Origin: Candidatus Dojkabacteria bacterium | GTDB lineage: Bacteria > Patescibacteriota > Dojkabacteria > JAFGLO01 | NCBI GenBank assembly: GCA_016927995.1 | Contig: JAFGLO010000011.1 | Location: forward strand, 391-64,390 | Length of the DNA: 64,000 nucleotides | Direction: 5' to 3' | Shown: in pieces, positions 10,187 to 20,464 of the stretch | Numbering within the stretch: position 1 is the stretch's first letter | Layout: each line of letters begins with the position of its first letter | Made by a program: the position numbers and the translations under genes | The notes under the pieces: model-generated | What the model was told of the DNA's origin: nothing | The model's input: only the letters and a program-made list of their open reading frames with translations | Database searches by the model: none

Positions 10187-12772
10187 TTAATTAGTGAACA
10201 TAACTTTGTTGTTTTTAACAGTTGCTTTGATTTTATCGCCTTTTTTAAATTTCCCCTCAATAAGTGCTTTTGAAAGCTCATTTTCTACGTTTTTCTGGAT
10301 TGTACGTTTCATTGGGCGCGCTCCAAACTCCTCGTCATATCCGGCGTTTACCAGCATTTCAACAACGGAATTGTCAAATTCAATGGTTAATCCTTGCGCC
10401 AGAACCAATTGTTTAAGCTTTTCAAGAAGAATTAAGGCTATTTCGCGGATTTGTGCCTTGGTAAGTGAATGGAAAAGAATAATGTCATCGAATCTGTTTA
10501 AGAATTCGGGTCTAAATTGAAGTTTAAGTTCGGACAAGACTTTATCATAAAGTTTTTCCCACTCTTTGTTTCCCTTGTTCTTAATGTGTTCCTGAATAAG
10601 GTTAGATGCAATATTACTTGTAGCAATTATTATGGAGTTCTGGAAATCCACTGTTCTACCTTTTGCGTCGGTTAATCTGCCGTCATCGAGAAGTTGAAGT
10701 AATATATTAAATACTTCAGGATGAGCCTTCTCAATTTCGTCTAACAGGACTAGTGAGTATGGTTGACGTCTAATTCGTTCTGTTAGCTGTCCACCCTCTT
10801 CATAACCAACATATCCCGGTGGGGACCCGATTAGTTTACTTACACTGTGTTTTTCCATGTATTCACTCATATCGATCCTTATAATTGCTGATTCATCACC
10901 AAAGATATATTCCGAAAGTGCTTTTGCAAGTTCGGTTTTGCCAACTCCGGTGGGACCTAAAAAAATAAATGCAGCAATGGGTTTGTTTTCAGATTTTAAC
11001 CCAACCCTAGCCCTACGTACCGCCTCACTTACAGCGGAAACAGCATCGGTTTGTCCTACAATCCGTTTATGGATCTCCTTTTCCATTTCCAAAAGTCGCT
11101 TTTTCTCTTCTTTTTTCATTTCTGTAACGGGGACACCCGTCATTTTTGATATAACGTCGGCGATATCATCAATTGTAACTTCGGGGATACCGGTTCCCTT
11201 CTTTTTTTGCCAGGCTTCGTCAAGTGGTGCAATTTGAGATTTTAGTGATTCAATCTCCTGTTTTAATTTTGCGGCCTTTTCAAAGTCCTCTGCCCGGGTT
11301 AAGGCTTCTCGTTCTTTTTCGAGCTGTTTTACTTTTTCGGACAATTCCATAAGCTCCTGTGGAGGTAATGTTTTCTCTAGTCGGACTTTACTGCAAGCTT
11401 CATCGAGAGTATCAATTGCTTTGTCAGGTAAAAAGCGATCTTTTATGTAACGGGTGGCCAGTTGGGCAGCGGAGACAATTGCTTTGTCCGTTATTTTTAC
11501 TTTGTGGTGAGCTTCGTATTTATCACGTAATCCTCGTAGAATTTCGATTGTTTGGTCAGTTGTGGGTTCATCAACTAAGACCGGTTGAAATCTGCGTTCC
11601 AGGGCAGCGTCTTTCTCTATGTATTTTTTATATTCATTAAGAGTTGTAGCTCCAATTACCTGGAGTTCACCTCGTGCAAGTGAGGGTTTCAACATGTTTG
11701 AAAGATCCATTTGGCCTTCCTGTGCACCACTTCCAACAACTGTATGAAGTTCGTCGATAAATAAAATAATATCTCGACCGGCTTTCTCGAGTTCTTCGAT
11801 CACTTTTTTGGCTCGCTCCTCAAATTCACCACGGTATTTTGAACCTGCAATAAGACTTGATATATCAAGTTCTTTAACCCGCTTTCCTAAAAGTACTTCA
11901 GGTGCACTGCCGTTTACTATTCGATGAGCTAAACCTTCAACTATTGCTGTTTTTCCTACACCCGGTTCACCAATAAGTACGGGATTGTTTTTACGTCTAC
12001 GTGACAAGATTTGGATAATTCGGGTGATTTCGTCGGCTCTACCAATGACAGGATCAATTTTTCCCTGCTCAGCTAAGTTTGTTAGATCTCTACTGAATTT
12101 GTCGAGCGTTGGAGTTAATGATTTTTCTTTCACGGCTTTACCGCTCTCGTCGCCTTCACCTACCAGGCTTACAACGGCTTGTCGTGCATTTGTATAACTA
12201 ATACCGTATTTTTTAAATACTTGGGCGGCTAAGCCTTCTCCTTCCTTTATAAGTCCCAAAAGAATGTGTTCCGAGCCGACGTAGCTATGATTAAGCTCCA
12301 TTGCGTCTTGAAATGCAAGTTGAAGTACCTGTTTACCTCGTGGAGTCAAATCGGTAATTTCGGTTTCAATATCGCCATCGGTTATTTGTGATTCGACATA
12401 GCTCTTAAGTTCGGAAATATTAATTTCGAGTTTGTTTAAGATTTTTTGTACGACTTCATCTTCGAGAACGCCTAGAAGTAGGTGTTGGGTATCGATTGCT
12501 TTGTTTTTATGTTTTATTGCACCTGCAACTGCGGCTTGAATTGCTTTTTTAGCACGGTCGGATAAATAATTGTTAATGTCGACGCTCTCCTGCTGTGGTT
12601 GGTAACCGCCGCCTCCGAAACTTCTTTCGAATGGACCATCGAAGGAAGTTTCGCCGGTTTCTTCGGTTTCGGCAAGACATTTATCACAGATATATTTAGT
12701 AACGTTACGTCCGTTTATAATTTGAGTTATTTTGGTATTGGCTTCACGGGCCTGACATCTGTCGCAAATCAT
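10187..12772 (-). CDS. clpC: ATP-dependent Clp protease ATP-binding subunit, ClpC-like (two AAA+ modules, UVR linker) with an extra N-terminal C4 zinc ribbon (ClpE-like)
   Basis: It contains [15 protein letters not shown] (AAA1 Walker A) and [15 protein letters not shown] (AAA2). The UVR-like segment is [33 protein letters not shown] Clp-N repeat is present. The first residues are MICDRCQ...YICDKC. Confidence 0.9.
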   Translation of the reverse strand: MICDRCQAREANTKITQIINGRNVTKYICDKCLAETEETGETSFDGPFERSFGGGGYQPQQESVDINNYLSDRAKKAIQAAVAGAIKHKNKAIDTQHLLLGVLEDEVVQKILNKLEINISELKSYVESQITDGDIETEITDLTPRGKQVLQLAFQDAMELNHSYVGSEHILLGLIKEGEGLAAQVFKKYGISYTNARQAVVSLVGEGDESGKAVKEKSLTPTLDKFSRDLTNLAEQGKIDPVIGRADEITRIIQILSRRRKNNPVLIGEPGVGKTAIVEGLAHRIVNGSAPEVLLGKRVKELDISSLIAGSKYRGEFEERAKKVIEELEKAGRDIILFIDELHTVVGSGAQEGQMDLSNMLKPSLARGELQVIGATTLNEYKKYIEKDAALERRFQPVLVDEPTTDQTIEILRGLRDKYEAHHKVKITDKAIVSAAQLATRYIKDRFLPDKAIDTLDEACSKVRLEKTLPPQELMELSEKVKQLEKEREALTRAEDFEKAAKLKQEIESLKSQIAPLDEAWQKKKGTGIPEVTIDDIADVISKMTGVPVTEMKKEEKKRLLEMEKEIHKRIVGQTDAVSAVSEAVRRARVGLKSENKPIAAFIFLGPTGVGKTELAKALSEYIFGDESAIIRIDMSEYMEKHSVSKLIGSPPGYVGYEEGGQLTERIRRQPYSLVLLDEIEKAHPEVFNILLQLLDDGRLTDAKGRTVDFQNSIIIATSNIASNLIQEHIKNKGNKEWEKLYDKVLSELKLQFRPEFLNRFDDIILFHSLTKAQIREIALILLEKLKQLVLAQGLTIEFDNSVVEMLVNAGYDEEFGARPMKRTIQKNVENELSKALIEGKFKKGDKIKATVKNNKVMFTN

Positions 12773-12902
12773 GTTAACCGTAGGCAGTAAATTAGTTTAA
12801 TATCATTATACCGCAAGGAGTTAAGGTCGTAAACTGTCTGCTTTTGGACAATATTCCCTAAATTGGGTAATATGAACAATATCTAATTTTTATTTATTCA
12901 GA

Positions 12903-13349
12903 ATGAAAAAAGGTTTAATTATTGCAATAATCGCAGCAATTGGGCTATTTGTTCTACTTGGTTGTGGGCTTTGTGGCGGCGGTATTTACTGGTTTATGAA
13001 TTCTATGAAAAAGGAAGCAGCCGAGGTTCGAAGTGGAGTTTTGTATGATGTGTGCGTAATTTTGCATGAAGAAGATTTTGAGAAAGAAGAGAGTGATTAT
13101 TTTACAGATGACTTTATAGAAAAGGCAGATTCGCATCCTGAAGAAGTTGTTGATGACTTATATGATTTGTTCCCGGAGGATTTCGATTGTGAAGATTTAA
13201 CAGAAACGGGAATTAGCGATGTTTTCAGAGGTTCTGTCAGGGTTTCAATAGAAAACGATAAGAAAACGGTTATTCTCAAACTAAATGGCAAGGAAGTTAC
13301 TGTTGTATCTGAAGACGGCGACGACTTTAAAATTGACGATATTGATTAG
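12903..13349 (+). CDS. Hypothetical small membrane-anchored acidic protein
   Basis: An N-terminal TM (LIIAIIAAIGLFVLLGC) is followed by a D/E-rich tail. I recognise no family. Confidence 0.35.
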   Translation: MKKGLIIAIIAAIGLFVLLGCGLCGGGIYWFMNSMKKEAAEVRSGVLYDVCVILHEEDFEKEESDYFTDDFIEKADSHPEEVVDDLYDLFPEDFDCEDLTETGISDVFRGSVRVSIENDKKTVILKLNGKEVTVVSEDGDDFKIDDID

Positions 13350-15841
13350 GCTTTTACCCGGCCTTCTGTTTTATCTCGCACATTTCTTTCTAACTGCTTT
13401 CGGGCTATATCAACCTCTTCGTTTGTAATTTGGGAATCGGCTTTGTTAAAGTAAATTCGAATTGTAACCTGCTTTGTTTCGTCCGATTTGTTTTCTTGAT
13501 AAATATCTACCGGCTCTATCTTTTCCATAAACTCTGCCCCCCTTGAAGTTAAAACTGCATTTATAATGCCTTCGTAGGTGACATCTTTATCCACAATAAA
13601 ACAAATATCTTGAATTACAGAAGGAAAATTGCTTGGCTCTCTGTAGTTGCTTATTCCTGTTAATGCCTTTGGAATACTATCTAAAAGAACCTCTACGCCG
13701 CTTGTATAGGCGGGAACCCGCATGTTCTCTATAACTGTTGGGTGAAATGCACCGACGATTCCGATTGGAATACGTTTTTTGTTTGCATGCTCGTCAATTA
13801 ACTCGACAATTGCTGACTGGCCCTTATGAAACATTGGAGTTATAAGTCTAAGCCAAGCCGGCATTGGGTTTATATATTTTGTTAAAAGTGTGTATCGGAT
13901 AGTTCCTTTCTTAATTCCAAGCGTTTTAAATACCAGTTCCAGGTATAACTTTGAGTGGTAATAGGCTGAAGTTTTAGATGTTGAAACAGGATTTGTATAG
14001 ACAAAGCTTAACTTATGATATTCAGTTGGAAGTTTATCAGGACCAAGATCAGCTTTAATATGAGTAACGCCATGTTCATAAAGCATGAATGGTTCTGATG
14101 TTTGTGCGGTATTTTCAGCCACCTTTTCCAAAAGATTTGGAAGAATAGTGCATCGCATGTAAGAAAGTTCCGGTGATAATGGATTTTGGATGTGGTAGCA
14201 GTCTTTTGTTGATAAAGTACATTTGGTATACAGTTCGTCACCGATAAATGAAAAAGTCATGATTTCATTTCCGCCGGATGCCGTTAGTGTATGTCGTAGA
14301 TTTTGCTCCCTTGTAATAGCGTGGACTTGGTGAGTGGGTTTCCCTGTGTGTGTTGGAACTGTTGGGACAATTTTATTGTATCCATATAATCTTGCAACTT
14401 CTTCAAGAATATCCTCCGCATTGCAGAGATCGTAGCGGAACGTTGGAATTGTAAGGGAAATTGTGTTTGCTTTAAGTATCGGGTTTAGTTCAAGTCTGGA
14501 AAGATAAGTCACAATCTGATTTGTAGGTAGCTCTTTTTCGGAGACCCCGATGCGTGTTCTTAGGTAATCTGTTGTTACTTCGATGTGTTGTTTTTTTCGT
14601 GGGTATGGATATGCATCTTTAATGTTAGATGTAATTTTTGCGCTTGCAAGTTCTACCAGCAATTTTGACACCATAAGTAGTGCTGTAATTGTTTGCTCGG
14701 GATCTTGTCCTTTTCCGAATCGTGTCACGGCATCGGTAAAGAGTCCAAGTTTCATTGAGGTCTTTCGGATGTTGTATAAATCAAAGTTTGCTGATTCTAT
14801 AATTACTTTTGTTGTGGAATCTGAGATCCCGCTTTCTTTTCCACCTATAACTCCCCCAATCCCCAATGCACCGCCGTCATCGGCAATTACGACGGTTTCG
14901 GAATCAAGCTCGTAAACTTTGTTATCCAGCGTTAAGAGTTTTTCGCTTCTTTGAGCGACTCTTGCCGTTACTGTACCGTTTACCTTGTCGTAATCGAATG
15001 CATGAAGTGGCTGTGAAGTCAAAAGCATTACATAGTTTGTAATGTCGACAACATTGTTCACGCTTTGAATGTCGTGTTTCTGTAGAAATATTTTTAGCCA
15101 CAGAGGGGATTCTTGTACATTTACATTTCCTAAGCTTATTGCACTATATCTTTTGGTAAACATGTGATCCTTTGGATTTTTAATTGCAACGTTAAAAGGG
15201 TTCTCGTCTTCGTCAATGTTAGAAACTTTGGGTGAAAGCCAATCAGGAGTGTTAAGGTCTAGGTTAAAAGCAGCTGAGATCTCTCTTGCTATTCCATAAA
15301 TTCCAAAACAATCGGGTCTATGAGTTAAGGCTTTATTTTCTACTGTAATAATTGTGTCATCAAGAGCCAAAGCCTTTGTTAGTTTATCACCGGGAGTTAA
15401 ATCAACCGGAAGTACAAGAATCCTTGAATGGTCGTCTCCAAATCCAAGTTCTTTTTCGGAGAGTAACATTCCGTTAGACTCTACTCCGCCCAATGGTCGC
15501 TTAGCAATTGTTTCATGCTTTCGATCAGGGTATGGGTTTACGGGGGTTAAAAATCCCGGCGATATATAGGCAATTTTGTCACCTACTTTTATATTGTTAG
15601 CACCTGCGCATACCTGTACATTTGTGTTTCCAAGGTTTATTTTACAAACAAATAGTTTTTCGGATTTTGGATGTGGTTTGATTTCTCGTACCTCGCCAAC
15701 AAAAATACCTTTATACTTTTCGGAAAGTTTTTGGATGTCTTCAATCTCCGCAATGGCACTTGAAAAGGTGCTTACAAATTGCTCAAAGGGAATGCTTTTT
15801 ACGTCGACAAACTGTTGCAGTGTATTAAGCGAGAGCTTCAT
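13346..15841 (-). CDS. pheT: Phenylalanine--tRNA ligase beta subunit
   Basis: It has an N-terminal tRNA-binding domain (GIFVGEVREIKPHPKSEKLFVCKINLGN...), a B3/B4 domain, B5 and a C-terminal anticodon-binding region. The length of 831 aa is typical. Confidence 0.9.
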   Translation of the reverse strand: MKLSLNTLQQFVDVKSIPFEQFVSTFSSAIAEIEDIQKLSEKYKGIFVGEVREIKPHPKSEKLFVCKINLGNTNVQVCAGANNIKVGDKIAYISPGFLTPVNPYPDRKHETIAKRPLGGVESNGMLLSEKELGFGDDHSRILVLPVDLTPGDKLTKALALDDTIITVENKALTHRPDCFGIYGIAREISAAFNLDLNTPDWLSPKVSNIDEDENPFNVAIKNPKDHMFTKRYSAISLGNVNVQESPLWLKIFLQKHDIQSVNNVVDITNYVMLLTSQPLHAFDYDKVNGTVTARVAQRSEKLLTLDNKVYELDSETVVIADDGGALGIGGVIGGKESGISDSTTKVIIESANFDLYNIRKTSMKLGLFTDAVTRFGKGQDPEQTITALLMVSKLLVELASAKITSNIKDAYPYPRKKQHIEVTTDYLRTRIGVSEKELPTNQIVTYLSRLELNPILKANTISLTIPTFRYDLCNAEDILEEVARLYGYNKIVPTVPTHTGKPTHQVHAITREQNLRHTLTASGGNEIMTFSFIGDELYTKCTLSTKDCYHIQNPLSPELSYMRCTILPNLLEKVAENTAQTSEPFMLYEHGVTHIKADLGPDKLPTEYHKLSFVYTNPVSTSKTSAYYHSKLYLELVFKTLGIKKGTIRYTLLTKYINPMPAWLRLITPMFHKGQSAIVELIDEHANKKRIPIGIVGAFHPTVIENMRVPAYTSGVEVLLDSIPKALTGISNYREPSNFPSVIQDICFIVDKDVTYEGIINAVLTSRGAEFMEKIEPVDIYQENKSDETKQVTIRIYFNKADSQITNEEVDIARKQLERNVRDKTEGRVKA

Positions 15842-15927
15842 TGTAAGAACCTGTTTAAATAAAGTTGAGATAATATTAACACAAATTAATTAAGGGTGGT
15901 ATTCGTTTAAATGGATTCAGTCAACTG

Positions 15928-15957
15928 TGCCGGGGTCCCTATTCTGGGACCCCGGCA
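15928..15957. other. GC-rich 12-bp perfect hairpin (tgccggggtccc-tattct-gggaccccggca) between the upstream gene end and the pheT start
   Basis: Seen in the sequence. No U-run follows on either strand, so it is not a classical intrinsic terminator. It may be an RNA processing or structural element. Confidence 0.3.
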
Positions 15958-15987
15958 GTATTTACAGAGGTTACCCTTTAAAAGGTT

Positions 15988-17904
15988 TTACTGTCTTTTG
16001 GCCTCATCCGGTATGTCTTCTTCATATACTGCCCAGCTTGAGGTAGTAAGCTCAAGGATTTTTGCCCTGCCGGTAGTATTTAGCGTTGAGTAGGAAGTAA
16101 ATGCAGGATATACAAATGTTTCTGCATCAAAGTTGTCATCACTGTAATTATCAGCAGAAATTATATGCAGTGCATTCTTATACCTAAACATAATCATAAC
16201 TGCTTTGTAAGTTTTTGTGGTAGATTCTTTTACAGGATCATTACCTTCAGTTTCGCTGTCTGCCGATACGGTTTCGGTGATTTCATAATAAGTTTGCTCG
16301 GAGACATAAACGTTTGCGGCTACACTAGTGCCATCTATGGTTAAGGTTTTTGTACCGGTTTTGGTAAATCCGTTTTCGGCTTTTGCTGAGCCGTCGGTTT
16401 CTTCTGTTGAGGTTCTAACTAAACCAGTAGAATCAAGAATCTGTTCTTCTCTAACACTGTTATCATATGTGGCAATGGAGATATTTGTTCCGTCCCGGCT
16501 GGTTGTCTCGTTGTAATCCCCCGATGCTATTGCCGAAACGTAATCGGGCTGATACCAAGACGAATACAATTCGCAACTTTGGTTATACATTGCTCGACCT
16601 ATTTCGGTGTCCGGATAAAGGGCACGGTCGCAGTAATCAGGATAATCCTGCTCTTCCTCGTACGAAAGATAAAATCCGTTCGTTACGTACCCGTTTGGAA
16701 CAATTATAGAAAAATTGTTAGCAGCTAAAAATGCGTTAACCTCAGTTTCATCAATTCCGCTAGTGTACTCATAAACATATTCATGTATCGAAACGTTTAA
16801 ATAATCGTTTGCGAATTTGGAAGAAACTGTATCCCATGCTATGTCTGACTGATTCTCTTGAGCGTAAATTGTTGTTGAAATAAGATTTGATGTAGCTACG
16901 GAGTCAAGATACATCTCCTCTTTATATATTTCGTAGGTCTGCTCATTTATCCATTGTCTTGTATAGACGGTTTTAGAATTTGAATCGGATCCACAATAAA
17001 AATCGTCCCATTTAAACTCGATTACTACGTAGTTCTGGTCATTGATAGTCTCATATGCAACAGCCTTTACATCGGTTCCGAAATATGAGTCGATAAAGGA
17101 CTCTGGTTCATCTGTCGAAGTATTTTCGGAATCTAGGGGTTTAGTAGATTCATTATCTATGGTATTGCCCATATCAAGATCTTGTAACGGTTCTGCAGGC
17201 TCCACTCCTAAAAGTCTATCGCTATAATCGTAAGTCTCTCTTATTGCATAGTTTCCTCCAAAATATGTGAAATTGCTTGATTCGTCGGACTGATAATATG
17301 CAATTAGTTCGCCATCCCCCGTTTTAGTAACAGTTTTGCTTTTGTACCCACTGTCGTCCCAGAATGAATAAGTCTCGGTTATTGTCTTTTCCCCTGGATA
17401 GTAAACATAAACAGGACAGCTATCGGATTTAGGACCCCTTTCGGTGGTGATAATATCGTGTGAATAGTTAAAATTGATATAAGTTGAATTATCATACCAG
17501 CCATAACCTGCGGCTAGGTCTGCAGACTCTTCGTTTGTGGATTTTAATCCGGTTGCGAGTGCTTGCGTCCCGCCTTGCCTGCTCAGGTTATTGTTTTTTA
17601 TTGCTCCTCGCAGAAGTGCCTGCAAATCAATATTTGCCAGTGGATCTGTGGGCTTTGGCCATAGTGCCTTGTAGGTGAAGAATCCACCTACCAGAACAAT
17701 CACTGAGGCCACCCCAATGATTGCGTACTTTAGAGATTTTTTCATGATCTCTCCTAAACTAAAATTAAATATGCCTGCTTTTTTAAGGAAACTTTGTTTT
17801 AGCGAATTGGAAAAATTAGAATCCGGTGTGCTAGAGCCTGCAGGGTTTTCTAAAAAACTTAGCACCTCCTGCTCTTCTTTTTCAAACTCTCTTTCTTTTT
17901 CCAT
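15988..17904 (-). CDS. Membrane-anchored extracytoplasmic protein, putative anti-sigma-factor-like partner of the adjacent ECF sigma
   Basis: It has about 55 aa of cytoplasmic N-terminus, a single TM (YAIIGVASVIVLVGGFF) and a large Y/D/E/T-rich external domain. It begins 18 bp after the ECF sigma stop. The functional assignment is inference from this topology and position. Confidence 0.45.
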   Translation of the reverse strand: MEKEREFEKEEQEVLSFLENPAGSSTPDSNFSNSLKQSFLKKAGIFNFSLGEIMKKSLKYAIIGVASVIVLVGGFFTYKALWPKPTDPLANIDLQALLRGAIKNNNLSRQGGTQALATGLKSTNEESADLAAGYGWYDNSTYINFNYSHDIITTERGPKSDSCPVYVYYPGEKTITETYSFWDDSGYKSKTVTKTGDGELIAYYQSDESSNFTYFGGNYAIRETYDYSDRLLGVEPAEPLQDLDMGNTIDNESTKPLDSENTSTDEPESFIDSYFGTDVKAVAYETINDQNYVVIEFKWDDFYCGSDSNSKTVYTRQWINEQTYEIYKEEMYLDSVATSNLISTTIYAQENQSDIAWDTVSSKFANDYLNVSIHEYVYEYTSGIDETEVNAFLAANNFSIIVPNGYVTNGFYLSYEEEQDYPDYCDRALYPDTEIGRAMYNQSCELYSSWYQPDYVSAIASGDYNETTSRDGTNISIATYDNSVREEQILDSTGLVRTSTEETDGSAKAENGFTKTGTKTLTIDGTSVAANVYVSEQTYYEITETVSADSETEGNDPVKESTTKTYKAVMIMFRYKNALHIISADNYSDDNFDAETFVYPAFTSYSTLNTTGRAKILELTTSSWAVYEEDIPDEAKRQ

Positions 17905-17922
17905 AAAAAATAAAACAGGTTA

Positions 17923-18450
17923 TTAATTTATAAGTGCATCCGGGGGTACACTCGGTTGCATGGCTATCATCAGTCTTAACGATTTTATAGCTCGTTTCAT
18001 TGTTGTTTTTACATAATTGTTGTCTTTACAAATCTTTTCGCAAATCTCTTTTGTTTTTAGTTTTTGTAAAAGCCGAAGTTTTGCAATTTGTCTTTGTTTT
18101 TCGGGAAGCCGATCGATAAACGTTTCTATTTGGCTTTGTGTATAACCGTTGCTTTCTATTCTATATGTTGTTTGCTCGATTTCCTCGTATATTTCGAGTC
18201 TCTCAATCTCAAGTGGAATCTCGTGACCCTTTTGTTTTAGATAGCTGATAAAAATATGTTTTGCAATTCCGTAAAGGTAGCCTACGGGGTTTTCTATTGT
18301 TGTTTTGGATCTTGAATTTTCGGCAAACGCTAGAAAGGTTTGGCTTGTAAGTTCTTCCGAGACAGCTTGTGATAGTGTGCGTGAATAAAAGAATCGGTAG
18401 ATTTTGACGATGTTTTCGTTGTAGAGTGTTTCGAGTTGTGTCTTATCCAT
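17923..18450 (-). CDS. RNA polymerase sigma-70 family, ECF-type sigma factor
   Basis: Region 2 (YRFFYSRT...FLAFAE, YLYGIAKHIF) and region 4 (LPEKQRQIAKLRLLQKLKTKEICEKI) are recognisable. The start is chosen at MDKTQ. Confidence 0.75.
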   Translation of the reverse strand: MDKTQLETLYNENIVKIYRFFYSRTLSQAVSEELTSQTFLAFAENSRSKTTIENPVGYLYGIAKHIFISYLKQKGHEIPLEIERLEIYEEIEQTTYRIESNGYTQSQIETFIDRLPEKQRQIAKLRLLQKLKTKEICEKICKDNNYVKTTMKRAIKSLRLMIAMQPSVPPDALIN

Positions 18451-18464
18451 GTTGATTTTAGTGT

Positions 18465-20378
18465 TTATGACCAGTCCCATTCTTTCTTTTTTCCTTGTCT
18501 TCTGTTGAAAGGGTTTAGGTATGCTAGAAAGTTAAATAGGGTTTCTCTAACTTGGGGAATAAGTAGTAGTGAACTTCCTGCAGCGATAGCTGCAACTGGA
18601 ACCCCGACTTTGTAAAGTGTCTCTTCCGGGATACTGGTTTTCTCTGAAATATTGGAGACAAGGGTTGTTACAGGTGATTGTTCTGAACTGGTTATTGAAT
18701 CATCTGGACTTACTGTTTCACTGGTTGTAGCTTCTGGTGTGGTGTCAGTGCTTGTATTACTTGTTGAATTGTTTTCGGGTGTAGTTTGAGCCGGATCTTC
18801 TGGTTCTTCGTTGCCCTCATTTGGGGTCTGTGGCTCTTGCTGAGGTGGACTTTGAGGTGCAACATAATATTCAAAGGCGCCAATATCATAACCATTAAAT
18901 TGAGGCCTTGTTACTCCATCGTAGTCATTTGTGATACTAGAAATTGTTAATCCCGCATCTATTGCCGGTGAAGTTGACTGTAGGTGGAAGTTGTTTGTAG
19001 AAATGAAAAGTGGGTTAATCTTCATCTTGTCTGTTGGTTGCAGAATATATCCATAGACTTTGGGGGTGCTTCCGTCGGAATTCCAAAATAAATTGTTTCC
19101 ATAAGTCCCACAGCTGCCTATGTTGTGAAGGTGTGTTGATGATGAGTGAGTGTGGTAATCTACCATAATGTTGTTGTAGATCTGAAAATCACGTACGTCT
19201 ATTGCTGCTTCGCAATCGTTCACGTTGGAATCTGCTTCCCAGTCGTTTAGGTTGATTGCAGTTGGCCAGGTGTCAGATACAAATCCCAGGTCCCCTTTAA
19301 AGGTGTTGTTATAGATTTTTAGACCAATTAAGTTTTTTCCTCCGCCTCCAGTGCATATGCCCACATGAGACATTATTATATTGTTGCGGATTGTTAGGTT
19401 TTCACATTGGTTGGAATCATTTTGCCCCTCTAGCATAAACCCTGTCACAGATATTCCTGGGACTGGCCTCTCCAAGACGCCTGTTGTGGTATTTCCCATG
19501 AAAATGTAGTTGCCCTCAATGATGGTGTTCTTGGCTGCGCCTCCCCATTGTGGGTCCTGTCCATATGTTTGGAATGCGTCCATATGTGGGGTTCCAGCTT
19601 GAAGATCTACTCTGAGGTCGTGTATATAATTGCCACGATATGTGTTTCCAGTGCCTGTAAATTCAATACCATTAACGTCTTGTAATTCTGTACATGGACT
19701 CATCTGATCTACAATATAACCAATATCATTATCCTCTATGAGATTATTTGTTCCACTGCAAACAATTCCATTGTTGTATGTGTATCGAATCGTGTTATTT
19801 CTGACGATTGATCCATTGGAGACTCCCCTTACCAGTATTCCTTGTCTCGGGCTATTTTCTACTAGGTTGTTTTCTGCAATGTTGTAATCGCCGATTATTT
19901 GAATTGCCCCTTTATATTGGCAATCCGTTGGCGTTACGGTAAATCCCTTTAATGTAATATAACTTCCGCTTAACTCTAGGGTTTTTGTGTATACCGCTCC
20001 ACTTGCTTGTACTGTAATCCGACTAACATTAGTTCCAGAATTTGAAATCACTACATCTTCGTTATATGTTCCGGCAAGAACAGTAAGTGTATCTCCCGCT
20101 CCAAGCACGGTTGCACCTTTTTGAATTGTTCGAAAAGCACAAGGTTGGCCGGTTCCACTACCTGGGTAGTTGGCCGCTGATAGTCCCGTACGGCCCGTAT
20201 CGCTTCCTCCTGTAGACACATAAATCGTTTCGGCGGCTGATGTTCCTAATACCTGTTGCGTCTGGGAGTTTTTCCATGGATGAGAATAAATAAAGCAGCC
20301 TGATGCAACGAATATTAGGGTAACAAACGTGAAATAGGTTAATAATATCAAAACTCCGGACAAACTGTTCTTTTTCAT
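18465..20378 (-). CDS. Secreted right-handed parallel beta-helix repeat protein with T/S/P/E-rich stalk and C-terminal TM anchor
   Basis: It has an N-terminal signal. Repetitive NN[IT]I..N..G and beta-helix (pectate-lyase-like) repeats are present. A low-complexity PQQEPQTPNEGNEEPEDPAQTTPENNSTSNTST linker leads to a terminal hydrophobic anchor. Confidence 0.7.
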   Translation of the reverse strand: MKKNSLSGVLILLTYFTFVTLIFVASGCFIYSHPWKNSQTQQVLGTSAAETIYVSTGGSDTGRTGLSAANYPGSGTGQPCAFRTIQKGATVLGAGDTLTVLAGTYNEDVVISNSGTNVSRITVQASGAVYTKTLELSGSYITLKGFTVTPTDCQYKGAIQIIGDYNIAENNLVENSPRQGILVRGVSNGSIVRNNTIRYTYNNGIVCSGTNNLIEDNDIGYIVDQMSPCTELQDVNGIEFTGTGNTYRGNYIHDLRVDLQAGTPHMDAFQTYGQDPQWGGAAKNTIIEGNYIFMGNTTTGVLERPVPGISVTGFMLEGQNDSNQCENLTIRNNIIMSHVGICTGGGGKNLIGLKIYNNTFKGDLGFVSDTWPTAINLNDWEADSNVNDCEAAIDVRDFQIYNNIMVDYHTHSSSTHLHNIGSCGTYGNNLFWNSDGSTPKVYGYILQPTDKMKINPLFISTNNFHLQSTSPAIDAGLTISSITNDYDGVTRPQFNGYDIGAFEYYVAPQSPPQQEPQTPNEGNEEPEDPAQTTPENNSTSNTSTDTTPEATTSETVSPDDSITSSEQSPVTTLVSNISEKTSIPEETLYKVGVPVAAIAAGSSLLLIPQVRETLFNFLAYLNPFNRRQGKKKEWDWS

Positions 20379-20464
20379 ACTTCTACGTTAACATGTGTAA
20401 AAGTGTGTGTAAAGTCCTGAAGTAAAGAATTATTTATGACCTGTCCGTTGGTAGAACGGCTCTA

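Noticed and set aside
12780-12900. CtsR operator (GGTCAAA heptad repeat) upstream of clpC
   Set aside because: Only a weak single GGTCGTA-like heptad is present and there is no tandem repeat, so the call is not supportable.
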